Of a DNA stretch of 64,000 bases, positions 43,701 to 57,190 are shown in pieces. Position numbers and translations under genes: made by a program. The notes under the pieces are model-generated. The model was not told where the DNA came from. It worked only from the letters and a program-made list of their open reading frames with translations, and did no database searches. Each line of letters opens with the position of its first letter. The first letter of the stretch is position 1. The DNA comes from Eledone cirrhosa (Eukaryota): the NCBI GenBank assembly GCA_964016885.1, contig OZ024741.1, forward strand, positions 402,504,001 through 402,568,000. The letters are read 5' to 3'.

Positions 43701-45439
43701 ACACCTCCCTCCCTTCTTCTGATTACTGAGTTGAAGACAGTGTGTTTAGCTTTTACACCTCCCTCCCTTCTTCTGATTACTGAGTTGAAGACAGTGTGTT
43801 TAGCTTTTACACCTCCCTCCCTTCTTCTGATTACTGAGTTGAAGACAGTGTATTTAGCTTTTACACCTCCCTCCCTACTTCTGATTGCTGAGTTGAAGAC
43901 AGTGTGTTTAGCTTTTACACCTCCCTCCCTTCTTCTGATTACTGAGTTGAAGACAGTGTGTTTAGCTTTTACACCTCCCTCCCTTCTTCTGATTACTGAG
44001 TTGAAGACAGTGTGTTTAGCTTTTACACCTCCCTCCCTTCTTCTGATTACTGAGTTGAAGACAGTGTATTTAGCTTTTACACCTCCCTCCCTACTTCTGA
44101 TTGCTGAGTTGAAGACAGTGTGTTTAGCTTTAAACCTCCCTCCCTTCTTCTGATTACTCAGTTGAAGACAGTGTGTTTAGCTTTTACACCTCCCTCCCTT
44201 CTTCTGATTACTCAGTTGAAGACAGTGTGTTTAGCTTTTTCACCTCCCTCCCTTCTTCTGATTACTCAGTTGAAGACAGTGTGTTTAGCTTTTACACCTC
44301 CCTCCCTTCTTCTGATTACTGAGTTGAAGTCAGTGTGTTTAGCTTTTACACCTCCCACCCTTCTTCTGATTACTGAGTTGAAGACAGTGTGTTTAGCTGT
44401 TACACCTCCCTCCCTTCTTCTGATTACTGAGTTGAAGACAGTGTGTTTAGCTTTTACACCTCCCTCCCTTCTTCTGATTGCTGAGTTGAAGACAGTGTGT
44501 TTATCTTTTACACCTCCCTCCCTTCTTCTGATTACTGAGTTGAAAACAGTGTGTTTAGCATTTACACCTCCCTCCCTTCTTCTGATTACTGAGTTGAAGA
44601 CAGTGTGTTTAGCTTTTACACCTCCCTCCCTTCTTCTGATTACTGAGTTGAAGACAGTGTGTTTAGCTTTTAAACCTCCCTCCCTTCTTCTGATTACTGA
44701 GTTGAAGACAGTGTGTTTAGCTTTTACACCTCCCTCCCTTCTTCTGATTACTGCGTTGAAGACAGTGTGTTTAGCTTTTACACCTCCCTCCCTTCTTCTG
44801 ATTACTGAGTTGAAGACAGTGTGTTTAGCATATACACCTCCCTCCCTCCTTCTGATTACTGAGTTGAAGACAGTGTGTTTAGCTTTTACACCTCCCTCCC
44901 TTCTGATTACTGAGTTGAAGACAGTGTGTTTAGCATATACACCTCCCTCCCTCCTTCTGATTACTGAGTTGAAGACAGTGTGTTTAGCTTTTACACCTCC
45001 CTCCCTTCTGATTACTGAGTTGAAAACAGTGTGTTTAGCATTTACACCTCCCTCCCTTCTTCTGATTACTGAGTTGAAGACAGTGTGTTTAGCTTTTACA
45101 CCTCCCTCCCTTCTTCTGATTACTGCGTTGAAGACAGTGTGTTTAGCTTTTACACCTCCCTCCCTTCTTCTGATTACTGAGTTGAAGACAGTGTGTTTAG
45201 CATATACACCTCCCTCCCTCCTTCTGATTACTGAGTTGAAGACAGTGTGTTTAGCTTTTACACCTCCCTCCCTTCTGATTACTGAGTTGAAGACAGTGTG
45301 TTTAGCTTTTAAACCTCCCTCCCTTCTTCTGATTACTGAGTTGAAGACAGTGTGTTTAGCTTTTACACCTCCCTCCCTTCTTCTGATTACTGAGTTGAAG
45401 ACAGTGTGTTTAGCTTTTACACCTCCCTCCCTTCTTCTG

Positions 45440-46800
45440 ATTACTGAGTTGAAGACAGTGTATTTAGCTTTTACACCTCCCTCCCTACTTCTGATTGCTG
45501 AGTTGAAGACAGTGTGTTTAGCTTTTACACCTCCCTCCCTTCTTCTGATTACTGAGTTGAAGACAGTGTGTTTAGCTTTTACACCTCCCTCCCTTCTTCT
45601 GATTACTGAGTTGAAGACAGTGTGTTTAGCTTTTACACCTCCCTCCCTTCTTCTGATTACTGAGTTGAAGACAGTGTATTTAGCTTTTACACCTCCCTCC
45701 CTACTTCTGATTGCTGAGTTGAAGACAGTGTGTTTAGCTTTTACACCTCCCTCCCTTCTTCTGATTACTGAGTTGAAGACAGTGTGTTTAGCTTTTACAC
45801 CTCCCTCCCTTCTTCTGATTACTGAGTTGAAGACAGTGTGTTTAGCTTTTACACCTCCCTCCCTTCTTCTGATTACTGAGTTGAAGACAGTGTATTTAGC
45901 TTTTACACCTCCCTCCCTACTTCTGATTGCTGAGTTGAAGACAGTGTGTTTAGCTTTTACACCTCCCTCCCTTCTTCTGATTACTGAGTTGAAGACAGTG
46001 TGTTTAGCTTTTACACCTCCCTCCCTTCTTCTGATTACTGAGTTGAAGACAGTGTGTTTAGCTTTTACACCTCCCTCCCTTCTTCTGATTACTGAGTTGA
46101 AGACAGTGTATTTAGCTTTTACACCTCCCTCCCTACTTCTGATTGCTGAGTTGAAGACAGTGTGTTTAGCTTTTACACCTCCCTCCCTTCTTCTGATTAC
46201 TGAGTTGAAGACAGTGTGTTTAGCTTTTACACCTCCCTCCCTTCTTCTGATTACTGAGTTGAAGACAGTGTGTTTAGCTTTTACACCTCCCTCCCTTCTT
46301 CTGATTACTGAGTTGAAGACAGTGTATTTAGCTTTTACACCTCCCTCCCTACTTCTGATTGCTGAGTTGAAGACAGTGTGTTTAGCTTTTACACCTCCCT
46401 CCCTTCTTCTGATTACTGAGTTGAAGACAGTGTGTTTAGCTTTTACACCTCCCTCCCTTCTTCTGATTACTGAGTTGAAGACAGTGTGTTTAGCTTTTAC
46501 ACCTCCCTCCCTTCTTCTGATTACTGAGTTGAAGACAGTGTATTTAGCTTTTACACCTCCCTCCCTACTTCTGATTGCTGAGTTGAAGACAGTGTGTTTA
46601 GCTTTTACACCTCCCTCCCTTCTTCTGATTACTGAGTTGAAGACAGTGTGCTTAGCTTTTACACCTCCCTCCCTTCTTCTGATTACTGAGTTGAAGACAG
46701 TGTGTTTAGCTTTTACACCTCCCTCCCTTCTTCTGATTACTGAGTTGAAGACAGTGTATTTAGCTTTTACACCTCCCTCCCTACTTCTGATTGCTGAGTT
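45440..46800. repeat. 4-monomer higher-order repeat (216 bp), 7 marker copies
   Basis: The GTGTATTTAG...CTACTTCTGATTGCTG marker monomer recurs with TAT at 45461, 45677, 45893, 46109, 46325, 46541 and 46757. Confidence 0.92.
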
Positions 46801-49800
46801 GAAGACAGTGTGTTTAGCTTTAAACCTCCCTCCCTTCTTCTGATTACTGAGTTGAAGACAGTGTGTTTAGCTTTTACACCTCCCTCCCTTCTTCTGATTA
46901 CTCAGTTGAAGACAGTGTGTTTAGCTTTTTCACCTCCCTCCCTTCTTCTGATTACTCAGTTGAAGACAGTGTGTTTAGCTTTTACACCTGCCTCCCTTCT
47001 TCTGATTACTCAGTTGAAGACAGTGTGTTTAGCTTTTACACCTCCCTCCCTTTTTCTGATTACTCAGTTGAAGACAGTGTGTTTAGCTTTTACACCTCCC
47101 TCCCTTCTTCTGATTACTCAGTTGAAGACAGTGTGTTTAGCTTTTACACCTCCCTCCCTTCTTCTGATTACTGAGTTGAAGACAGTGTGTTTAGCTTTTA
47201 CACCTCCCTCCCTTCTTCTAATTACTGAGTTGAAGACAGTGTGTTTAGCTTTTACACCTCCCTCCCTTCTTCTGATTACTGAGTTGAAGACAGTGTGTTT
47301 AGCTTTTACACCTCCCTCCCTTCTGATTACTGAGTTGAAGACAGTGTGTTTAGCTTTTAAACCTCCCTCCCTTCTTCTGATTACTGAGTTGAAGACAGTG
47401 TGTTTAGCTTTTACACCTCCCTCCCTTCTTCTGATTACTGAGTTGAAGACAGTGTGTTTAGCTTTTACAACTACCGCCCTTCTTCTGATTACTGAGTTGA
47501 AGACAGTGTGTTTAGATTTTACACCTCCCTCCCTTCTTCTGATTACTGAGTTGAAGACAGTGAGTTTAGCTTTTACATCTCCCTCCCTTCTTCTGATTAC
47601 TGAGTTGAAGACAGTGTGTTCAGCTTTTACACCTCCCTCCCTTCTGATTACTGAGTTGAAGACAGTGTGTTTAGCTTTTACACCTCCCTCCCTTCTTCTG
47701 ATTACTGAGTTGAAGACAGTGTGTTTAGCTTTTACAACTCCCGCCCTTCTTCTGATTACTGAGTTGAAGACAGTGTGTTTAGCTTTTACACCTACCTCCC
47801 TTCTTCTGATTACTGAGTTGAAGACAGTGTGTTTAGCTTTTACAACTCCCGCCCTTCTTCTGATTACTGAGTTGAAGACAGTGTGTTTAGCTTTTACACC
47901 TCCCTCCCTTCTTCTGATTACTGAGTTGAAGACAGTGTGTTTAGCTTTTACACCTCCCTCCCTTCTTCTGATTACTGAGTTGAAGACAGTGTGTTCAGCT
48001 TTTACACCTCCCTTCTGATTACTGAGTTGAAGACAGTGTGTTTAGCTTTTACACCTCCCTCCCTACTTCTGATTACTGAGTTGAAGACAGTGTGTTTAGC
48101 TTTTACACCTCCCTCTCTACTTCTGATTACTGAGTTGAAGACAGTGTGTTTAGCTTTTACACCTCCCTCTCTACTTCTGATTACTGAGTTGAAGACAGTG
48201 TGTTTAGCTTTTACACCTCCCTCCCTTCTTCTGATTACTGAGTTGAAGACAGTGTGTTTAGCTTTTACACCTCCCACCCTATTTCTGATTACTGAGTTGA
48301 AGACAGTGTGTTTAGCTTTTACACCTCCCTCCCTTCTTCTGATTACTGAGTTGAAGTCAGTGTGTTTAGCTTTTACACCTCCCACCCTTCTTCTGATTAC
48401 TGAGTTGAAGACAGTGTGTTTAGCTGTTACACCTCCCTCCCTTCTTCTGATTACTGAGTTGAAGACAGTGTGTTTAGCTTTTACACCACCCTCCCTTCTT
48501 CTGATTGCTGAGTTGAAGACAGTGTGTTTATCTTTTACACCTCCCTCCCTTCTTCTGATTACTGAGTTGAAAACAGTGTGTTTAGCATTTACACCTCCCT
48601 CCCTACTTCTGATTACTGAGTTGAAGACAGTGTGTTTAGCTTTTACACCTCCCTCCCTTCTTCTGATTACTGAGTTGAAGACAGTGTATTTAGCTTTTAC
48701 ACCTCCCTCCCTACTTCTGATTGCTGAGTTGAAGACAGTGTGTTTAGCTTTTACACCTCCCTCCCTTCTTCTGATTACTGAGTTGAAGACAGTGTGTTTA
48801 GCTTTTACACATCCCTCCCTTCTTCTGATTACTCAGTTGAAGACAGTGTGTTTAGCTTTTACACCTCCCTCCCTTCTTCTGATTACTCAGTTGAAGACAG
48901 TGTGTTTAGCTTTTACACCTCCCTCCCTTCTTCTGATTACTCAGTTGAAGACAGTGTGTTTAGCTTTTACACCTCCCTCCCTTTTTCTGATTACTCAGTT
49001 GAAGACAGTGTGTTTAGCTTTTACACCTCCCTCCCTTCTTCTGATTACTCAGTTGAAGACAGTGTGTTTAGCTTTTACACCTCCCTCCCTTCTTCTGATT
49101 ACTGAGTTGATGACAGTGTGTTTAGCTTTTACACCTCCCTCCCTTCTTCTGATTACTGAGTTGAAGACAGTGTGTTTAGCTTTTACACCTCCCTCCCTTC
49201 TGATCACTGAGTTGAAGAGAGTGTGTTTAGCTTTTACACCACCCTCCCATCTGATTACTGAGTTGAAGACAGTGTGTTTAGCTTTTACACCTCCCTCCCT
49301 TCTTCTGATTACTGAGTTGAAGACAGTGTGTTTAGCTTTTACACCTCCCTCCCTTCTTCTGATTACTGAGTTGAAGACAGTGTGTTTAGCTTTTACACCT
49401 CCCTCCCTTCTTCTGATTACTGAGTTGAAGACAGTGTGTTTAGCTTTTACACCTCCCTCCCTTCTGATCACTGAGTTGAAGACAGTGTGTTTAGCTTTTA
49501 CACCTCCCTCCCTTCTTCTGATTACTGAGTTGAAGACAGTGAGTTTATCTTTTACACCTCCCTCCCATCTTCTGATAACTGAGTTGAAGACAGTGTGTTT
49601 AGCTTTTACACCTCCCTCCCTTCTTCTGAATACTGAGTTGAAGACTGTGTGTTTAGCTTTTACACCTCCCTCCCTTCTTCTGATTACTGAGTTGATGACT
49701 GTGTTTAGCTTTTACACCTCCCTCCTTACTTCTAATTACTGAGTTGAAGACAGTGTGTTTAGCTTTTACACCTCCCTCCCTTCTTCTGATTACTGAGTTG

Positions 49801-49899
49801 AAGACAGTGTGTTTAGCTTTTACACCTCCCTCCCTTCTTCTGATTACTGAGTTGAAGACAGTGTGTTTAGCTGTTACACCTCCCTCGCTTCTTCTGATT

Positions 49900-52800
49900 A
49901 CTGAGTTGAAGACAGTGTGTTTAGCTTTTACACCTCCCTCCCTTCTTCTGATTACTGAGTTGAAGACAGTGTGTTTAGCTTTTACACCTCCCTCCCTTCT
50001 TCTGATTACTGAGTTGAAGACAGTGTGTTTAGCTTTTACAACTCCCGCCCTTCTTCTGATTACTGAGTTGAAGACAGTGTGTTTAGCTTTTACACCTCCC
50101 TCCCTTCTTCTGATTACTGAGTTGAAGACAGTGTGTTTAGCTTTTACACCTCCCTCCCTTCTTCTGATTACTGAGTTGAAGACAGTGTGTTTAGCTTTTA
50201 CAACTCCCGCCCTTCTTCTGATTACTGAGTTGAAGACAGTGTGTTTAGCTTTTACACCTCCCTCCCTTCTTCTGATTACTGAGTTGAAGACAGTGTGTTT
50301 AGCTTTTACAACTCCCGCCCTTCTTCTGATTACTGAGTTGAAGACAGTGTGTTTAGCTTTTACACCTCCCTCCCTTCTTCTGATTACTGAGTTGAAGACA
50401 GTGAGTTTAGCTTTTACACCTCCCTCCCTTCTTCTGATTACTGAGTTGAAACAGTGTGTTCAGCTTTTACACCTCCCTTCTTCTGATTACTGAGTTGAAG
50501 ACAGTGTGTTTAGCTTTTACACCTCCCTCCCTTCTTCTGATTACTGAGTTGAAGACAGTGTGTTTAGCTTTTACAACTCCCGCCCTTCTTCTGATTACTG
50601 AGTTGAAGACAGTGTGTTTAGCTTTTACACCTCCCTCCCTTCTTCTGATTACTGAGTTGAAGACAGTGTGTTCAGCTTTTACACCTCCCTTCTGATTACT
50701 GAGTTGAAGACAGTGTGTTTAGCTTTTACACCTCCCTCCCTACTTCTGATTACTGAGTTGAAGACAGTGTGTTTAGCTTTTACACCTCCCTCTCTACTTC
50801 TGATTACTGAGTTGAAGACAGTGTGTTTAGCTTTTACACCTCCCTCCCTTCTGATTACTGAGTTGAAGACAGTGTGTTTAGCTTTTAAACCTCCCTCCCT
50901 TCTTCTGATTACTGAGTTGAAGACAGTGTGTTTAGCTTTTACACCTCCCTCCCTTCTTCTGATTACTGAGTTGAAGACAGTGTGTTTAGCTGTTACACCT
51001 CCCTCGCTTCTTCTGATTACTGAGTTGAAGACAGTGTGTTTAGCTTTTACACCTCCCTCCCTTCTTCTGATTACTGAGTTGAAGACAGTGTGTTTAGCTT
51101 TTACACCTCCCTCCCTTCTTCTGATTACTGAGTTGAAGACAGTGTGTTTAGCTTTTACAACTCCCGCCCTTCTTCTGATTACTGAGTTGAAGACAGTGTG
51201 TTTAGCTTTTACACCTCCCTCCCTTCTTCTGATTACTGAGTTGAAGACAGTGTGTTTAGCTTTTACACCTCCCTCCCTTCTTCTGATTACTGAGTTGAAG
51301 ACAGTGTGTTCAGCTTTTACACCTCCCTCCCTTCTGATTACTGAGTTGAAGACAGTGTGTTTAGCTTTTACACCTCCCTCCCTTCTTCTGATTACTGAGT
51401 TGAAGACAGTGTGTTTAGCTTTTACAACTCCCGCCCTTCTTCTGATTACTGAGTTGAAGACAGTGTGTTTAGCTTTTACACCTCCCTCCCTTCTTCTGAT
51501 TACTGAGTTGAAGACAGTGTGTTCAGCTTTTACACCTCCCTTCTGATTACTGAGTTGAAGACAGTGTGTTTAGCTTTTACACCTCCCTCCCTACTTCTGA
51601 TTACTGAGTTGAAGACAGTGTGTTTAGCTTTTACAACTCCCGCCCTTCTTCTGATTACTGAGTTGAAGACAGTGTGTTTAGCTTTTACACCTCCCTCCCT
51701 TCTTCTGATTACTGAGTTGAAGACAGTGTGTTCAGCTTTTACACCTCCCTTCTGATTACTGAGTTGAAGACAGTGTGTTTAGCTTTTACACCTCCCTCCC
51801 TACTTCTGATTACTGAGTTGAAGACAGTGTGTTTAGCTTTTACACCTCCCTCCCTTCTTCTGATTACTGAGTTGAAGACAGTGTGTTTAGCTTTTACACC
51901 TCCCTCCCTTCTTCTGATTACTGAGTTGAAGACAGTGTGTTTAGCTTTTACAACTCCCGCCCTTCTTCTGATTACTGAGTTGAAGACAGTGTGTTTAGCT
52001 TTTACACCTCCCTCCCTTCTTCTGATTACTGAGTTGAAGACAGTGTGTTTAGCTTTTACACCTCCCTCCCTTCTTCTGATTACTGAGTTGAAGACAGTGT
52101 GTTTAGCTTTTACAACTCCCGCCCTTCTTCTGATTACTGAGTTGAAGACAGTGTGTTTAGCTTTTACACCTCCCTCCCTTCTTCTGATTACTGAGTTGAA
52201 GACAGTGTGTTTAGCTTTTACAACTCCCGCCCTTCTTCTGATTACTGAGTTGAAGACAGTGTGTTTAGCTTTTACACCTCCCTCCCTTCTTCTGATTACT
52301 GAGTTGAAGACAGTGAGTTTAGCTTTTACACCTCCCTCCCTTCTTCTGATTACTGAGTTGAAACAGTGTGTTCAGCTTTTACACCTCCCTTCTTCTGATT
52401 ACTGAGTTGAAGACAGTGTGTTTAGCTTTTACACCTCCCTCCCTTCTTCTGATTACTGAGTTGAAGACAGTGTGTTTAGCTTTTACAACTCCCGCCCTTC
52501 TTCTGATTACTGAGTTGAAGACAGTGTGTTTAGCTTTTACACCTCCCTCCCTTCTTCTGATTACTGAGTTGAAGACAGTGTGTTCAGCTTTTACACCTCC
52601 CTTCTGATTACTGAGTTGAAGACAGTGTGTTTAGCTTTTACACCTCCCTCCCTACTTCTGATTACTGAGTTGAAGACAGTGTGTTTAGCTTTTACACCTC
52701 CCTCTCTACTTCTGATTACTGAGTTGAAGACAGTGTGTTTAGCTTTTACACCTCCCTCCCTTCTGATTACTGAGTTGAAGACAGTGTGTTTAGCTTTTAA

Positions 52801-53500
52801 ACCTCCCTCCCTTCTTCTGATTACTGAGTTGAAGACAGTGTGTTTAGCTTTTACACCTCCCTCCCTTCTTCTGATTACTGAGTTGAAGACAGTGTGTTTA
52901 GCTGTTACACCTCCCTCGCTTCTTCTGATTACTGAGTTGAAGACAGTGTGTTTAGCTTTTACACCTCCCTCCCTTCTTCTGATTACTGAGTTGAAGACAG
53001 TGTGTTTAGCTTTTACACCTCCCTCCCTTCTTCTGATTACTGAGTTGAAGACAGTGTGTTTAGCTTTTACAACTCCCGCCCTTCTTCTGATTACTGAGTT
53101 GAAGACAGTGTGTTTAGCTTTTACACCTCCCTCCCTTCTTCTGATTACTGAGTTGAAGACAGTGTGTTTAGCTTTTACACCTCCCTCCCTTCTTCTGATT
53201 ACTGAGTTGAAGACAGTGTGTTCAGCTTTTACCCCTCCCTCCCTTCTGATTACTGAGTTGAAGACAGTGTGTTTAGCTTTTACACCTCCCTCCCTTCTTC
53301 TGATTACTGAGTTGAAGACAGTGTGTTTAGCTTTTACAACTCCCGCCCTTCTTCTGATTACTGAGTTGAAGACAGTGTGTTTAGCTTTTACACCTCCCTC
53401 CCTTCTTCTGATTACTGAGTTGAAGACAGTGTGTTCAGCTTTTACACCTCCCTTCTGATTACTGAGTTGAAGACAGTGTGTTTAGCTTTTACACCTCCCT
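49900..53500. repeat. Nested block duplication, offset 1912 bp
   Basis: ORF pairs 50456/52368, 50668/52580 and 51519/53431 are offset by 1912. The 49-bp monomer recurs at about 50450 and about 52362. Confidence 0.82.
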
Positions 53501-54594
53501 CCCTACTTCTGATTACTGAGTTGAAGACAGTGTGTTTAGCTTTTACACCTCCCTCTCTACTTCTGATTACTGAGTTGAAGACAGTGTGTTTAGCTTTTAC
53601 ACCTCCCTCCCTTCTTCTGATTACTGAGTTGAAGACAGTGTGTTTAGCTTTTACACCTCCCACCCTATTTCTGATTACTGAGTTGAAGACAGTGTGTTTA
53701 GCTTTTACACCTCCCTCCCTTCTTCTGATTACTGAGTTGAAGTCAGTGTGTTTAGCTTTTACACCTCCCACCCTTCTTCTGATTACTGAGTTGAAGACAG
53801 TGTGTTTAGCTGTTACACCTCCCTCCCTTCTTCTGATTACTGAGTTGAAGACAGTGTGTTTAGCTTTTACACCTCCCTCCCTTCTTCTGATTGCTGAGTT
53901 GAAGACAGTGTGTTTATCTTTTACACCTCCCTCCCTTCTTCTGATTACTGAGTTGAAAACAGTGTGTTTAGCATTTACACCTCCCTCCCTTCTTCTGATT
54001 ACTGAGTTGAAGACAGTGTGTTTAGCTTTTACACCTCCCTCCCTTCTTCTGATTACTGAGTTGAAGACAGTGTGTTTAGCATATACACCTCCCTCCCTCC
54101 TTCTGATTACTGAGTTGAAGACAGTGTGTTTATCTTTTACACCTCCCTCCCTTCTTCTGATTACTGAGTTGAAAACAGTGTGTTTAGCATTTACACCTCC
54201 CTCCCTTCTTCTGATTACTGCGTTGAAGACAGTGTGTTTAGCTTTTACACCTCCCTCCCTTCTTCTGATTACTGAGTTGAAGACAGTGTGTTTAGCATAT
54301 ACACCTCCCTCCCTCCTTCTGATTACTGAGTTGAAGACAGTGTGTTTAGCTTTTACACCTCCCTCCCTTCTGATTACTGAGTTGAAGACAGTGTGTTTAG
54401 CTTTTAAACCTCCCTCCCTTCTTCTGATTACTGAGTTGAAGACAGTGTGTTTAGCTTTTACACCTCCCTCCCTTCTTCTGATTACTGAGTTGAAGACAGT
54501 GTGTTTAGCTTTTACACCTCCCTCCCTTCTTCTGATTACTGAGTTGAAGACAGTGTATTTAGCTTTTACACCTCCCTCCCTACTTCTGATTGCT

Positions 54595-56065
54595 GAGTTG
54601 AAGACAGTGTGTTTAGCTTTTACACCTCCCTCCCTTCTTCTGATTACTGAGTTGAAGACAGTGTGTTTAGCTTTTACACCTCCCTCCCTTCTTCTGATTA
54701 CTGAGTTGAAGACAGTGTGTTTAGCTTTTACACCTCCCTCCCTTCTTCTGATTACTGAGTTGAAGACAGTGTGTTTAGCTTTTACACCTCCCTCCCTTCT
54801 TCTGATTACTGAGTTGAAGACAGTGTGTTTAGCTTTTACACCTCCCTCCCTTCTTCTGATTACTGAGTTGAAGACAGTGTGTTTAGCTTTTACACCTCCC
54901 TCCCTTCTTCTGATTACTGAGTTGAAGACAGTGTGTTTAGCTTTTACACCTCCCTCCCTTCTTCTGATTACTGAGTTGAAGACAGTGTGTTTAGCTTTTA
55001 CACCTCCCTCCCTTCTTCTGATTACTGAGTTGAAGACAGTGTGTTTAGCTTTTACACCTCCCTCCCTTCTTCTGATTACTGAGTTGAAGACAGTGTGTTT
55101 AGCTTTTACACCTCCCTCCCTTCTTCTGATTACTGAGTTGAAGACAGTGTGTTTAGCTTTTACACCTCCCTCCCTTCTTCTGATTACTGAGTTGAAGACA
55201 GTGTGTTTAGCTTTTACACCTCCCTCCCTTCTTCTGATTACTGAGTTGAAGACAGTGTGTTTAGCTTTTACACCTCCCTCCCTTCTTCTGATTACTGAGT
55301 TGAAGACAGTGTGTTTAGCTTTTACACCTCCCTCCCTTCTTCTGATTACTGAGTTGAAGACAGTGTGTTTAGCTTTTACACCTCCCTCCCTTCTTCTGAT
55401 TACTGAGTTGAAGACAGTGTGTTTAGCTTTTACACCTCCCTCCCTTCTTCTGATTACTGAGTTGAAGACAGTGTGTTTAGCTTTTACACCTCCCTCCCTT
55501 CTTCTGATTACTGAGTTGAAGACAGTGTGTTTAGCTTTTACACCTCCCTCCCTTCTTCTGATTACTGAGTTGAAGACAGTGTGTTTAGCTTTTACACCTC
55601 CCTCCCTTCTTCTGATTACTGAGTTGAAGACAGTGTGTTTAGCTTTTACACCTCCCTCCCTTCTTCTGATTACTGAGTTGAAGACAGTGTGTTTAGCTTT
55701 TACACCTCCCTCCCTTCTTCTGATTACTGAGTTGAAGACAGTGTGTTTAGCTTTTACACCTCCCTCCCTTCTTCTGATTACTGAGTTGAAGACAGTGTGT
55801 TTAGCTTTTACACCTCCCTCCCTTCTTCTGATTACTGAGTTGAAGACAGTGTGTTTAGCTTTTACACCTCCCTCCCTTCTTCTGATTACTGAGTTGAAGA
55901 CAGTGTGTTTAGCTTTTACACCTCCCTCCCTTCTTCTGATTACTGAGTTGAAGACAGTGTGTTTAGCTTTTACACCTCCCTCCCTTCTTCTGATTACTGA
56001 GTTGAAGACAGTGTGTTTAGCTTTTACACCTCCCTCCCTTCTTCTGATTACTGAGTTGAAGACAG
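54595..56065. repeat. Variant-free run of about 27 consensus monomers
   Basis: No deviation from the consensus 54-mer is visible between the marker monomers at 54556 and 56068. Confidence 0.9.
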
Positions 56066-57190
56066 TGTATTTAGCTTTTACACCTCCCTCCCTACTTCTG
56101 ATTGCTGAGTTGAAGACAGTGTGTTTAGCTTTTACACCTCCCTCCCTTCTTCTGATTACTGAGTTGAAGACAGTGTGTTTAGCTTTTACACCTCCCTCCC
56201 TTCTTCTGATTACTGAGTTGAAGACAGTGTGTTTAGCTTTTACACCTCCCTCCCTTCTTCTGATTACTGAGTTGAAGACAGTGTATTTAGCTTTTACACC
56301 TCCCTCCCTACTTCTGATTGCTGAGTTGAAGACAGTGTGTTTAGCTTTTACACCTCCCTCCCTTCTTCTGATTACTGAGTTGAAGACAGTGTGTTTAGCT
56401 TTTACACCTCCCTCCCTTCTTCTGATTACTGAGTTGAAGACAGTGTGTTTAGCTTTTACACCTCCCTCCCTTCTTCTGATTACTGAGTTGAAGACAGTGT
56501 ATTTAGCTTTTACACCTCCCTCCCTACTTCTGATTGCTGAGTTGAAGACAGTGTGTTTAGCTTTTACACCTCCCTCCCTTCTTCTGATTACTGAGTTGAA
56601 GACAGTGTGTTTAGCTTTTACACCTCCCTCCCTTCTTCTGATTACTGAGTTGAAGACAGTGTGTTTAGCTTTTACACCTCCCTCCCTTCTTCTGATTACT
56701 GAGTTGAAGACAGTGTATTTAGCTTTTACACCTCCCTCCCTACTTCTGATTGCTGAGTTGAAGACAGTGTGTTTAGCTTTTACACCTCCCTCCCTTCTTC
56801 TGATTACTGAGTTGAAGACAGTGTGTTTAGCTTTTACACCTCCCTCCCTTCTTCTGATTACTGAGTTGAAGACAGTGTGTTTAGCTTTTACACCTCCCTC
56901 CCTTCTTCTGATTACTGAGTTGAAGACAGTGTATTTAGCTTTTACACCTCCCTCCCTACTTCTGATTGCTGAGTTGAAGACAGTGTGTTTAGCTTTTACA
57001 CCTCCCTCCCTTCTTCTGATTACTGAGTTGAAGACAGTGTGTTTAGCTTTTACACCTCCCTCCCTTCTTCTGATTACTGAGTTGAAGACAGTGTGTTTAG
57101 CTTTTACACCTCCCTCCCTTCTTCTGATTACTGAGTTGAAGACAGTGTATTTAGCTTTTACACCTCCCTCCCTACTTCTGATTGCTGAGT
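56050..57190. repeat. 4-monomer higher-order repeat (216 bp), 6 marker copies
   Basis: The same marker monomer recurs with TAT at 56068, 56284, 56500, 56716, 56932 and 57148. Confidence 0.92.
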
